A DNA stretch of 32,000 nt from Pseudoalteromonas tetraodonis (GCF_002310835.1 NZ_CP011042.1:690001-722000), one strand, 5' to 3'; shown: positions 1 to 10,600, counted from the first letter of the stretch. The notes: generated by a model from the sequence alone, not told the origin. Numbers and translations are program-made.

Positions 1-375
1 ACGATTTTTATGCCTGACGTAGGCACAGCAAGGTGTGACTTTCCAGGTGGTAGCTCTGAAACATTATACGATTCAATCCAGAAACTACTCTTGATGCCCG
101 ATGAGGCAACAATTTATGTATGCCATGATTATCCGACTGAAAAACGAAATCACCGTTTTGCGGTCACAGTAAAAGAACAAAAAGAAACAAATATTCATGT
201 AAAGACTAAAATAAGCAAAGAGCAGTTTGTCCAAATGCGTGATAGCCGTGACGAAGAATTACCTATGCCTCGCTTAATTTTACCTGCTATTCAAATGAAT
301 ATTAGAGCTGGCAACCCACCTCCCGCTGAAGATAACGGCATAAGCTACCTTAAAATTCCCTTAAACCAATTATAG
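1..375 (+). CDS. MBL-fold metallo-hydrolase (ETHE1/glyoxalase-II-like), C-terminal fragment; gene starts upstream of the window
   Basis: Frame 1 is open from base 1 (T-I-F precede the listed Met at 10), so the ORF is cut by the window edge. 'ARCDFPGGSSETLYDSIQKLL...IYVCHDYP' resembles the C-terminal metal-ligand (His-Asp) region of MBL-fold hydrolases. Family call is from recollection only. Confidence 0.55.
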   Translation, partial: TIFMPDVGTARCDFPGGSSETLYDSIQKLLLMPDEATIYVCHDYPTEKRNHRFAVTVKEQKETNIHVKTKISKEQFVQMRDSRDEELPMPRLILPAIQMNIRAGNPPPAEDNGISYLKIPLNQL

Positions 376-667
376 TTCAATATCATAATGATTATTCGGA
401 TAGAGTAATAAGCACAAGTAAATTTATTGTAGCTAGATGATCGCTTAACCATCTCTCATACCTGAATATAGCATGGTTATTTTTATAAAATAGGCGTGAT
501 AATTTTACGTTGCAACATCGTATAACTACCTAATAATTATGATAAGTTGCTTAAATCCGTTTTAATGCCTACTATCAATGCTCAACTAAACACTCGTTTG
601 ACTCTGTATAATAATTTCATCGCAAAATGCTATTTAAATGTTGCATTTATTCGCCAGTTTTACGCAT

Positions 668-688
668 AAACCTGACTACAGGTTTTTT
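668..688 (+). terminator. Terminator-like hairpin plus T-run, 29 nt upstream of the GGDEF-EAL start codon
   Basis: AAACCTG (668-674) / loop ACTA / CAGGTTT (679-685), with the T-run continuing to 688. The stem is short and AT-rich. It could end the upstream transcript or act as a leader attenuator. Confidence 0.35.
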
Positions 689-716
689 ATGATATTTATA
701 TTCTTGGGAAGCATAA

Positions 717-2936
717 ATGAATAGCATTGAGCAACTTCAGTCTGAATTAGCTATCGCACATTCTCGAATATCTGAGCTAGAAACAAGCTCAGCCCAAAGC
801 CATATCTTTTTAAATATTTTTAATTCCTCGCCTTTGCCTTTTGCATTAAATGACGTATATGGAAATATTATTAATGTAAACCCCATGTTTACAAGGCTTT
901 ATGGTTATAAACTTAGCGATATTCCCACACTAAATGATTGGTGGCCCAAAGCCTACCCAAACCCTAAATACCGTGAATGGGTGATTAGTTCATGGGAAAA
1001 AAACACTGAGCGAGCAAAAAAAACAAATACCGACTTTGAACCTATAAAGTTAGATGTACATTGCAAAAATGGTGCACAACGAACCGTGCTTGCCAGCTGT
1101 GCGCCCTTAACCGATTTTGAGCAAATGTATTTGGTGATTTTTTACGATATTACTGATTTAACGCAGGCAAATAGTAAAATAAATATATTATCTGACTCAT
1201 TGACGCAAATGACTCTTTCATTAGAGCAGCAACATAAAGAACTTATTCTCGAAAAAGAAAAAGCGCTAGCCAATGAAGAGCGTTTGAGTTTAGCTATGCA
1301 AGGCGCAAATGATGGCTTATGGGATTGGGATATAGCCAACGATAAAATGTATTACTCACCCCGCTGGAAATCAATGTTAGGTTATGCAGAGGACGAGCTG
1401 GTTGATCATTTCTCAACCTGGGAAGGCTTATTACACCCTGACGACCTAGAACAAACGCTTGCGCAGATCCAATCTTTTATAGATGCGAAAATAAAAAAAT
1501 ATGAAGTCGAATTTAGAATGCGCCATAAAGACGGCCATTATATCAATATTTTATCTCGTTCTTTCATGGTTGAAAGTGAAGAAGGGGAGATCACCCGTTT
1601 AGTCGGTACTCATATTGATATTACAGCACGAAAAAAATCAGAGGAAAAACTCAGTTATCAGTCTACTCATGACTCACTAACGGGGTTGCTAAACCGCAGA
1701 GAGTTTAAACGTCGAACAGAGTTACTACTTGCTGTTCCTGCTCATAACCGGCCTGTTCATGCTTTATGTTATATGGATCTCGATCAATTTAAAGTTGTAA
1801 ACGATACTTGCGGTCACTCAGCGGGTGATGAATTACTTCGCCAACTTAGTTTTATTCTGGAAAAAGCTGTTCGGCAATCAGACATAGTGGCGCGCCTTGG
1901 CGGAGATGAATTTGCTATTTTAATGGAGGATTGCTCGTTTAGTGATGCGCACCGCATAACACTCTCTATTCAAAGCGCTATTGAGGACTTTCAATTTATA
2001 TGGGAAGGGCGAAGTTTTCGTATTGGTGCCAGTATAGGGCTAATGCAAATTACAGAAAAAGCACTCGACTTTATCGAAGTGTTAAAAGTAGCCGATGTTG
2101 CCTGCTACATTGCAAAGGATAAAGGGCGAAATCGTATTCACGTACATTATGAAAACGATAAAGAATTGGTACAAAGGCAAAGTGAAATGCTGTGGGTAAA
2201 CCGCATTCAATACGCGATTGATGAAGACAGCTTTCGCCTGTATGCGCAAGCAATTGAGCCACTGACCAGAGATTCAAATAAACATTACGAACTGTTACTA
2301 AGAATGATTGATGAGCATGATAATGTTATATCGCCTGGTGCATTTTTACCCGCAGCCGAGCGTTATCATTTAATTGTAAAAGTGGACAGGTGGGTTGTTA
2401 AAAACGCCTTTAGTTTAATTGTTCGTAACGCTGCTTTTCTTAAAAATATTAACTTTGTTTCTATTAATCTTTCAGGGCAATCGCTGACTGATGAGAGTTT
2501 TCTTGATTTTATTATTGAGCAACTACAAACGCTAGGGGTAAACAGTCATAAAATTTGTTTTGAAATTACAGAGACGGCAGCTATTTCAAATTTAGAGCTT
2601 GCAGGAAAGTTTATTAATAAGCTGAAAAATTTTGGATGTCGTTTCGCACTTGATGATTTTGGTAGTGGGTTATCATCGTTTGGGTACCTTAAAAATCTTA
2701 AAGTTGATTACCTAAAAATTGATGGCATTTTCGTTAAAGATATCGCAAGTGACCCAATAGATCATGCTATGGTTAAAGCTATTAATGAAATAGGTCAAAT
2801 TATGGGGATGAAGACAATTGCTGAATTTGTCGAAACCGAGCAAATTAAGTCTATCTTAAAACAAATGGGAGTCGATTACGTTCAAGGTTATGCTATCCAT
2901 AAACCACAGTCCTTGAGTGAACTATTTGAAAAGTAA
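717..2936 (+). CDS. PAS-PAS(PAC)-GGDEF-EAL signalling protein (diguanylate cyclase / c-di-GMP phosphodiesterase)
   Basis: 739-aa ORF with a GGGAAG RBS-like element 6 nt upstream. Second PAS/PAC: 'GLWDWDIANDKMYYSPRWKSMLGY...HPDD...FRMRHKDGHY'. GGDEF motif 'RLGGDEFAIL' (1899-1913) with an RxxD I-site 'RQSD' (1872-1883) five residues upstream. EAL-domain signatures: 'YELLLRM', 'INLS', 'EITETAAI', 'LDDFGSGLSSFGYL', 'LKIDG', 'AEFVETEQ', 'VQGY'. Confidence 0.95.
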   Translation: MNSIEQLQSELAIAHSRISELETSSAQSHIFLNIFNSSPLPFALNDVYGNIINVNPMFTRLYGYKLSDIPTLNDWWPKAYPNPKYREWVISSWEKNTERAKKTNTDFEPIKLDVHCKNGAQRTVLASCAPLTDFEQMYLVIFYDITDLTQANSKINILSDSLTQMTLSLEQQHKELILEKEKALANEERLSLAMQGANDGLWDWDIANDKMYYSPRWKSMLGYAEDELVDHFSTWEGLLHPDDLEQTLAQIQSFIDAKIKKYEVEFRMRHKDGHYINILSRSFMVESEEGEITRLVGTHIDITARKKSEEKLSYQSTHDSLTGLLNRREFKRRTELLLAVPAHNRPVHALCYMDLDQFKVVNDTCGHSAGDELLRQLSFILEKAVRQSDIVARLGGDEFAILMEDCSFSDAHRITLSIQSAIEDFQFIWEGRSFRIGASIGLMQITEKALDFIEVLKVADVACYIAKDKGRNRIHVHYENDKELVQRQSEMLWVNRIQYAIDEDSFRLYAQAIEPLTRDSNKHYELLLRMIDEHDNVISPGAFLPAAERYHLIVKVDRWVVKNAFSLIVRNAAFLKNINFVSINLSGQSLTDESFLDFIIEQLQTLGVNSHKICFEITETAAISNLELAGKFINKLKNFGCRFALDDFGSGLSSFGYLKNLKVDYLKIDGIFVKDIASDPIDHAMVKAINEIGQIMGMKTIAEFVETEQIKSILKQMGVDYVQGYAIHKPQSLSELFEK

Positions 2937-3114
2937 CCTCCCATCTTTATTAATTAAATGATATTCATGATTTATGGTGACCATACAAACAGTAAACAGG
3001 CGCTTAACTGTCATTGGTTGAAGATTAAATGAGTGATGTTTAAATAATTGCTAATTTCTTGCTCAATACATATTCCAAGACTATATTTTATCTAGCTTCT
3101 TGGGATGTAACTAC

Positions 3115-5073
3115 ATGAATATATCAAAAAAATTAAAGCTGTCTTTTGCATCAGCTATCGCACTGCCTTTGTTTGTAATTGCTGCTATTGTTATATCGCA
3201 AACGAGGGAGCAAGCACTCGATAATTTTTCTCAATTGAGTGAGCGAGAAGCGCGCCAAGTAGACAACGCTATTACGATGTTTTTTGCCGAAATTGCCAAA
3301 AATGTTGATTATTTAGCATCCCACACCACCATTAAAAACGCACGCACCAATGTTAAAACCCATATGGATGCTTCCAACTCAGTGATGCTTAACCATCCTA
3401 ATCAAAGCCCAACAGAGCAAGCTGCATATAGCTTGTTTGACCATTTTGGCCAAACACACCCAGGACTTGCTTATATCTACATGGGGAACGAACAAGGAGG
3501 GTATATTCAATGGCCCATGGGGGAAGTAAACGCCAATTATGATCCGCGCGAGCGCCCCTGGTATATGGCAGCAAAAGCGGCTAATGGTAAAACAACGCGT
3601 ACTAATGCCTATTATTGGGCCGCTGATGATTTAGTTATTGTATCTACGGTTAAAGCGATTATTGATAACGGGGAATTAATTGGCGCCCAAGGAATGGATG
3701 TATCATTAGGCGGGCTTACCGATATTATTGCCGATATTAAATTAGGCGAAACCGGTTATTTAATGTTAATTGAAGATAGTGGCAGTGTGCTGGTGGATGT
3801 TAAACATCCAGATTACCGATTTAAAAACTTAGCAGATCTTGAGGGGGGGAAATACGCCGACTTAGCTAAAAATACCCAAGGGCTGTTTGATGTAGAGATA
3901 GATGGTAAACAATATATGGCTAATATTCATACCTCTGCTACCTTAGGTTGGAAGTTTATTGGGGTAGTAGAAAAAGCCGAAGTGATGAGCACGGCGAATA
4001 CTATGGCCTATACCATATTGGTTATTAGTGCGATATTAATTGCCGTATTTGTTGCTATAGCGAGTTATATTTCTAAATTAATATCAGCCCCTATTGTTGA
4101 AGTGAGTGATGGCTTAACTGAAATATCGCAAGGTGGCGGTGATTTAACCCAACGCTTAACAATAAAAACCAAAGATGAAACCGCTAAACTGGCTAACAGC
4201 TTTAATTTATTTTTAAACTTGATCAGCGAGCTGGTAACTCAAATTAATGAGTGCGCGCAAAATGTAAGTAAAACCTCATCGCAAACTTCATCGCAAGCTG
4301 CACAATTAACAAGCTCCACCAGCCAACAGCAACAAGCTTTAGAGATGGCAGCTACGGCTATTAATGAAATGGCTGCCACCGCGAACGAAGTGTCTAGCAG
4401 TTGTGCAAATGCAGCGGATTTGGCTGTTCAAACACAGCAAGCATCAGATTTGGGGCAATCGGTTATTACACAAACTGTGGAAAGTGTGGTTCAGCTATGT
4501 GAGGTAATAAACAATGCCTCAGCAGATATTACTCAGCTAGATACTGAAAGCGAAAACATTATGTCGATACTCAGTGTTATTCGCGGTATTTCAGAACAAA
4601 CTAACTTATTGGCCTTAAATGCTGCGATAGAAGCTGCACGTGCCGGTGAGCACGGACGCGGCTTTGCTGTGGTGGCCGACGAAGTGCGCGCGTTATCGCA
4701 ACGAACCGCTGAGTCAACCGAAGAAGTGGCTTCACAGCTTGATAAACTACGTACTATGTCATCTAAGGTATCTAAAGACATGCAACGCAGTATAGAAACC
4801 ACTAATAAAACTGTCGAGCTTGCGCATTCGGCGCAGCAACAATTTAGTGAGATCACGGCATCTATCGTTCATATTAGCGATTTAAATACCCAAATAGCCA
4901 CCGCTGCTGAAGAGCAACAACATGTAGCTGAAGATATAAACCGCAATGTTACTGAAATTAAAAATGCGGCTGATGAGGTGAGTGATATTGCCGTGACCAC
5001 CAGTGAAAACGGCAACGAAATGAATCGTCTTTCGTCAATTTTAACGGGGTTGGTGGGTAAATTTAAAGTGTAA
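3115..5073 (+). CDS. Methyl-accepting chemotaxis protein with periplasmic Cache-type sensor, HAMP and MA signalling domains
   Basis: N-terminal TM ([26 protein letters not shown]), about 270-aa periplasmic region ('PWY', '[13 protein letters not shown]'), second TM, HAMP. Invariant MCP hairpin '[38 protein letters not shown]'. The ATG at 3115 is preferred over the TTG at 3100 listed in the ORF track. Confidence 0.95.
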   Translation: MNISKKLKLSFASAIALPLFVIAAIVISQTREQALDNFSQLSEREARQVDNAITMFFAEIAKNVDYLASHTTIKNARTNVKTHMDASNSVMLNHPNQSPTEQAAYSLFDHFGQTHPGLAYIYMGNEQGGYIQWPMGEVNANYDPRERPWYMAAKAANGKTTRTNAYYWAADDLVIVSTVKAIIDNGELIGAQGMDVSLGGLTDIIADIKLGETGYLMLIEDSGSVLVDVKHPDYRFKNLADLEGGKYADLAKNTQGLFDVEIDGKQYMANIHTSATLGWKFIGVVEKAEVMSTANTMAYTILVISAILIAVFVAIASYISKLISAPIVEVSDGLTEISQGGGDLTQRLTIKTKDETAKLANSFNLFLNLISELVTQINECAQNVSKTSSQTSSQAAQLTSSTSQQQQALEMAATAINEMAATANEVSSSCANAADLAVQTQQASDLGQSVITQTVESVVQLCEVINNASADITQLDTESENIMSILSVIRGISEQTNLLALNAAIEAARAGEHGRGFAVVADEVRALSQRTAESTEEVASQLDKLRTMSSKVSKDMQRSIETTNKTVELAHSAQQQFSEITASIVHISDLNTQIATAAEEQQHVAEDINRNVTEIKNAADEVSDIAVTTSENGNEMNRLSSILTGLVGKFKV

Positions 5074-5098
5074 GGGCAAGCAAATGCATGCCCTTTTT
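5074..5098. terminator. Rho-independent terminator between convergent MCP and channel genes
   Basis: GGGCAAGC (5074-5081) / loop AAAT / GCATGCCC (5086-5093), one internal mismatch, followed by T5 (5094-5098), immediately after the MCP stop codon. Confidence 0.8.
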
Positions 5099-5105
5099 AT
5101 CCCTG

Positions 5106-5912
5106 CTACTTATTTTTAAGTAGTTCTTTTAATTCTGCTAGTTGTGCTTTTAATTCGTTTACTTGGCCTTGGGTGGCAGGGAGTGAGTCTATATCGGCTT
5201 GCTCTTCGCGTGCATTGCGATGCTCTTCACTCATCACTTCTAAAATAGCGCCAACCATCATATTTAAAAACACAAATGCAGTTAAAAAGATAAAGGTTAG
5301 GTAAAAAATCCAACTTAATTTGTACACGGCCATGGTTTCGTACATGACGTCAGTCCAATCTTCAAAGGTGGCTATTCTAAACAGGGTGAGCATAGAAATA
5401 GACACATCGCCCCAAAGTACCGGATTTATATCAGCAAACAACATACTGCCAGTGGCGGCATAAATATAAAATATAACGAACATGAGTAGCGCAATGTAGC
5501 CCATTTGCGGTATTGCTTTAATTAGCGAATTTACTAATAAGCGCAGTTCTGGGATCATTGAGACTAATCGTAACACGCGGAAAATACGCAGCAGTCGAGC
5601 AATAAAAATAGTAGAGCCTGCCGCGGGGTATAAACTTCCGATCACGATAATGAAGTCAAAAATGTTCCAACCTTTGGAGAAAAAGTCCTTGATACCTTTG
5701 CTGGCAATATAGCGAATAATCAGTTCAATTAAGAAAAATACCGTTATGCCTATATCCATCCAATGTAGAACGAGTTCGGCGGTTGGGTGCAATGAATAAG
5801 TATGTGCGCCCACGGTCAATGCAGAAATAACAATAACTGCAATAACAAATGATTGAAATAGTTTACTTTTATCGATACGCTGGAACAGCTCTTGTAACTG
5901 CGACAACATCAT
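5106..5912 (-). CDS. Voltage-gated ion channel of the bacterial NaChBac/BacNaV type (single 6-TM domain, ion_trans family)
   Basis: Six hydrophobic segments. S4 'ARLLRIFRVLRLV' has Arg at every third position (5568-5597). Pore loop 'LTLFRIATFEDWTDVMY' (filter 5349-5369). C-terminal heptad coiled coil 'VNELKAQLAELKELLKNK', typical of BacNaV tetramerisation necks. Confidence 0.85.
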   Translation of the reverse strand: MMLSQLQELFQRIDKSKLFQSFVIAVIVISALTVGAHTYSLHPTAELVLHWMDIGITVFFLIELIIRYIASKGIKDFFSKGWNIFDFIIVIGSLYPAAGSTIFIARLLRIFRVLRLVSMIPELRLLVNSLIKAIPQMGYIALLMFVIFYIYAATGSMLFADINPVLWGDVSISMLTLFRIATFEDWTDVMYETMAVYKLSWIFYLTFIFLTAFVFLNMMVGAILEVMSEEHRNAREEQADIDSLPATQGQVNELKAQLAELKELLKNK

Positions 5913-6009
5913 AACGTGCCCTTAACGGTTATAAATACAAAACCAGTGCAATATACAGCAAAAATAACGAAAATCAGTAGTTTTCCCGTTAAAATAGTAG
6001 GAATTTTGA

Positions 6010-6219
6010 ATGTTAAATAATAAGTTAAAATATCTATTTTCGTTATCCGCATTATTGGTGTTAGCGGGATGTAGCAGCGATAGCCGCTACCATGAAATTC
6101 AATCAGCGCGGTTGGGTGAATGCAGCTACATGGCAGATAAGGAATACCATGAGTGTGTTAAACAACAGCAAGACAGTTACAAAGAATTTAAAGAACAACA
6201 AGCTCGCGAGCAGCAATAA
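6010..6219 (+). CDS. Small lipoprotein, unknown function
   Basis: Signal peptide ending in the lipobox 'LVLAGC' followed by 'SS'. 69 aa with a charged Q/E/K-rich tail. TAGGA RBS upstream. Confidence 0.6.
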   Translation: MLNNKLKYLFSLSALLVLAGCSSDSRYHEIQSARLGECSYMADKEYHECVKQQQDSYKEFKEQQAREQQ

Positions 6220-6222
6220 ACG

Positions 6223-6513
6223 ATGACCAAAACCCAAAAGCAGCTAGATAAACGTATTCGTCAGCAATTAACGCTCGCTTGTGAGCAAATAAAAGATACT
6301 GTGGAGGACTTTAGCTTTCTTACCCATTCAGCAGACTTAAACAATTTACCTTCTAAGTTTAAAGTAAGTTGTTATTTTATTGATGATATTGCACTAGAGC
6401 AGGCTAAACAAAAAAATCAGTTTGATTACATTGAGCAGCTTATTTGTAATGCGTTAGCCAGCTTGAACATACATATTAAAGCCAATGCCATTTCATTTTC
6501 TAAGCAGCCATAA
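6223..6513 (+). CDS. Hypothetical protein (96 aa)
   Basis: ORF starts 3 nt after the stop of the preceding lipoprotein gene (operon-like). No motif recognised. Confidence 0.45.
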   Translation: MTKTQKQLDKRIRQQLTLACEQIKDTVEDFSFLTHSADLNNLPSKFKVSCYFIDDIALEQAKQKNQFDYIEQLICNALASLNIHIKANAISFSKQP

Positions 6514-6644
6514 TGTGTACGATGGGTTTTGTTTATTCTCCACATTAGCTTGAATTAGGCATTTATAGGGCCTTTAAAAGCTTTAATATGGAGTGATTTT
6601 ATTAAGCAGGCTATAATCCCCAAAAATAGCAAAAGAGATTATAT

Positions 6645-6839
6645 ATGGCTGTTCCAACACGTTCACAAATAACACCCGGCACTGAGGTTAATATTGTGCT
6701 TAAACAAGATCAACGCAGTGGTACTTTAACCAATGGTATAGTGTCGCGTTTATTAACTAAGTCACCTAATCATCCGCACGGTATTAAAGTACAGTTAGAA
6801 GATGGTCAAGTAGGTCGGGTAAAAGAGATCATTGCATGA
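6645..6839 (+). CDS. ywbE: YwbE family protein (DUF2196)
   Basis: 64 aa. 'GTEVNIVLKQDQRSGTLTNGIVSRLLTKSPNHPHGIKVQLEDGQVGRVKEI' matches the highly conserved YwbE signature (KxDQRxGxLTxGxV...HPHGIKVxLxDGQVGRV). Confidence 0.8.
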   Translation: MAVPTRSQITPGTEVNIVLKQDQRSGTLTNGIVSRLLTKSPNHPHGIKVQLEDGQVGRVKEIIA

Positions 6840-7354
6840 GCGATTTAACCTTAACTGATTTTTGGCGATTGGTAACTGTAAACGACAGAACCGCAGAGCC
6901 TGAGTCTGTATGCCAATCCCTTAAGGCTGCATTGAGTGATTTATCCGACGAGCAGCTTATTGAATTTGATAAACAGTTTAGTATTTGTATGCGCCAAAGT
7001 TATACTTGGGATTTATTTGGTGCGGCGTTTGTAATGGCTGGTTGTAATGATGAATATGGTTTTTCTGAATTTCGTTGTTGGCTAATTTCTCGGGGTGAAG
7101 CGGTATTTAAAGCAGCGTTAGAAAACCCCGATAGCCTTGCACAGTGCACACCACTTTATTTTTTAAACGAGCAACCTTACCCGTATTTAGATGAGTATGA
7201 CCTAATTGCAGGTTTGTTATATGAAGAACGTAATGACGATGAGTTACCCTTTATCCCCTCAGGGCTTGAACAACCTAAAGGTAAGCGCTTTAAAGACAAA
7301 CCTAAGTTTTTAAAACAAAATTACCCGCAATTATTTGCAAAATATTGGCAGTAA
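6836..7354 (+). CDS. DUF4240-like protein
   Basis: The ATG overlaps the ywbE stop (ATGA, 6836-6839). 'DLFGAAFVMAGCNDEYGFSEFRCWLISRGEAVFKAALENPDSLA' resembles the DUF4240 core as I recall it. Confidence 0.6.
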   Translation: MSDLTLTDFWRLVTVNDRTAEPESVCQSLKAALSDLSDEQLIEFDKQFSICMRQSYTWDLFGAAFVMAGCNDEYGFSEFRCWLISRGEAVFKAALENPDSLAQCTPLYFLNEQPYPYLDEYDLIAGLLYEERNDDELPFIPSGLEQPKGKRFKDKPKFLKQNYPQLFAKYWQ

Positions 7355-7635
7355 GACGTTAATATTGCATAATTCTTAACAACTTTTTGAAACATAAAAC
7401 TGCGTGGATATTTAATTTTTCTATGCAGTTTCTTTGTTCTTTTATCATTTATTTTTTGCATCCTTAAAATTCAAATCACGGTTTCAATTAATTATTTAGT
7501 TACCTCTTACATTAGTTAACAATTGTACCTGTTTATTTAGTTTTTTGAATGACTCTCCATTATCAAATATGTTACATTTAAACGTTTTTAAATGAATAAA
7601 CACTGAATAATTATAATATACGACATAGGAATGTT

Positions 7636-10600
7636 ATGTATAAAACACTTTCATCAGGATTGATAGCATTTTGCTTTTTGAACACGCTAAGTTCCCAAGC
7701 TGCTGTTTCACAGCGAATAAACAAATCATCCACCCAAGAAGTTAAGCAACTTTTAAATCAAAACTCTTCTATTGCTAATACATCTTCTGCAAGTTCTTAT
7801 TTTGTAGAATTAAAGCAACCTCAATTGAGCCTTTCACAACAAGTTAATGCATCTTCTAAAAAGATGCAGCAATACTTTTCTGGGGTTCCAGTGTGGGGTC
7901 AGCAAATTAGAGTTCAGTCTAACTCTGAACATATTAGTGGTTTTTTTGCTAAAAACATTAACTTCGCATCTTTGAATAAAACAGCGACCGCTACTTTTGA
8001 TGAGTTAAAAGCGGTTAAATCGTTGCTGACTAAGTCTAAATTAGATGATTCACTAGAGAGTGAAATAATAAATAATAAGCGCTACATTTATATTCATGAT
8101 GGAAAAGCGTACTATGTTCGCTTAATTGAACTTAAAGTAACTGAGAATGGCATTGAAAAAATGCCAATAGGTTTAATAAGTGAATCGACTTATCAGATTT
8201 TTGAACTGTGGGATAATATTCAAAGTGTTGACGGTAAAGGACCTGGTGGTAATCAAAAGATTGGCCAATATGAATACGGTACAGATAAAGACGCATTTAA
8301 TGTTACCCAAGTTGGCGATACTTGTTTTTTAGAAAATGACAAAGTAAAAACAGTCACTATGGAATCGGGCTCTGAGCCAAGTGAAGCCTTTTCATTCACA
8401 TGTAATCGTAATACGCATAAGGAAATAAATGGTGCTTTTTCCCCATTAAATGACGCTCATGCATTTGGAACTGCAGTTTTTGATATGTATCAACAATGGT
8501 ACAACACTGCACCGCTTACATTTCAATTGTTAATGCGAGTTCACAGTGGTGATAACTGGGAAAATGCCACTTGGAATGGCCAAGCAATGACCTTTGGTGA
8601 TGGCGCTGATAGGTTTTATCCGCTGGTTTCTCTTGATATTGTATCTCATGAGGTTAGCCATGGCTTTACTAGTCAAAACTCCAATCTTATTTACTCTAAT
8701 CAATCAGGCGGAATTAACGAGTCTTTCTCTGATATGGCAGGTGAAACTGCAGAGTATTTTTTACGTGGTGAAACCGACTGGTTATCAGGGGCGGATATTT
8801 CAAAAGTAGAGCCAGCTCTTCGTTACTTTGAAACGCCTTCATTAGATGGTGTTTCTATTGATAAAGCCAGCGATTTTTATCCGGGCATGGATGTTCACTT
8901 TAGTAGTGGTGTTTTTAACCGTGCTTTTTTCCTGCTTTCAAATACTGATGGTTGGGATCCTCAAAAAGCGTTTGAAATAATGCTAAAAGCAAATCAAAAC
9001 TACTGGGTTAGCTCGAGTGGTTTTATCGATGGTGCATGTGGTGCAATCAACTCTGCAATTGACCTACGTTATAATGCATCTGATGTAATTTCAGCATTTA
9101 ATGAAGTAGAAGTTATTTGCGATAATATTAAGTTTGTCGATACTGATTCAGATTTAATGGATGATAACTGGGAACTGTTATACGGACTAGACCCTTCAGA
9201 TGCCGATGATGCTAACTTAGATTTGGACCAAGATGGTCTTTCTAACTTGGAAGAATACTTAGCAAATACTCTTCCAAACTCAGTTGATACTGATGCTGAT
9301 AGTTTATCTGATTACGATGAATTAAACGTCTACATGACGTTGCCTAACAACGTGGATTCAGATTCCGATCGTATGCCAGATGGCTGGGAAGTCACTTTTT
9401 CATTTAATCCACTCGATGCAGCTGATGCAGAACTTGATTTTGATTCCGATAGCTGGGCTAACTTAATTGAGTACTATGGCAACAGCGACCCAACTGATCC
9501 AAACTCTGAACCTTCTATTTTTCCTGAAACTACTTATAATTTTGATGACGCAGTTGTCCCTGAATTTTTAGTTTCTTCAACCCCTCAAACGCCTTGGTTT
9601 ATTACTGATTATGACGGCCACGATGGCTTAGTGTTAACTAACAGTGATATTACTGATTCGCAACAAACGAGTGTTGAATTTCAATTTATAAGTGACGAAC
9701 AACGTTTTGTTAACTTTAACTACTTATTGGAAACTGAAGCAAATTATGACTTCTTTAAAGTTTATATTAACGACACACTAGTTCTTGATGAGTCAGGCCT
9801 AACTGATTGGAAGGTGGCTTCTTTTCCATTACCTACTGGGTTTAATACAGTTAAGTTTGTATACACTAAAGACGTTATAGTGTCTGAAGGTTTAGATGCT
9901 GTATTTATCGATAATTTATACATTGGGCCTAGTTTCCCTGACTCTGATGGTGATGGTATGTCAGATATGTGGGAATTATCGTATGGTTTGGATATAAATA
10001 CTGACGACTCAGCGCTTGATTTAGATAACGATGGTTTATCTAACCTTCTTGAGTTTTTAAATAACGGTTTACCTAACAACTCAGATACTGATGGCGATTT
10101 AATGCCTGATGGGTGGGAGTATAACAACAGTCTAAATCTTACAGATGCCGCTGATGCGTCACAAGATGCTGACAATGATGGATTTACTAACTTCACAGAG
10201 TATCAAGCAAATACAGATCCTCAGTCAGATACTTCTTACCCTGTTGTTTTAAATATCACAACGTCATTCGAAGGCGATACACTTCCAACATGGATGACTG
10301 AGTCAGTAGACTCAAGTGCGCCGTTTTTTATCACAAACGACTTTGCCACACAGGGCTCACAAAGTATTCGCTCGGGAGACATCACTGATTCTCAGTTTAG
10401 CGGGTTTACCGTCACGGGTTTATTTGAAGAAGGGGTTTTAGCGTTCGATTATAAGATTGATTCTGAAGCGTGTTGTGACTTTTTTATCGTGACTATAGAT
10501 GGTCAAGAAGTTATTGGTAATGCTGAACGTGGAAATTTGGACGCACCTGAACCAACTTCATTTTTAGTTAATATTAGTGAAGGGGTGCATAAGATTGAGT

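Noticed and set aside
376-716. c-di-GMP (GEMM) riboswitch in front of the GGDEF-EAL gene.
   Set aside because: There are no GC-rich P1/P2 helices or conserved GNRA/tetraloop-receptor elements. Only a simple AT-rich hairpin is present.
4533-4856. 107-aa antisense ORF inside the chemoreceptor signalling domain.
   Set aside because: It is a mirror image of the Ala/Ser/Thr-rich MCP coiled coil. Antisense frames of such regions are commonly open by chance.
9762-10196. 144-aa antisense ORF inside the giant protease gene.
   Set aside because: It lies antisense to Asp/Ser-rich repeat codons (GAT/GAC/TCA read as ATC/GTC/TGA-free frames). It has no start context and is Ser/Lys-rich low complexity.
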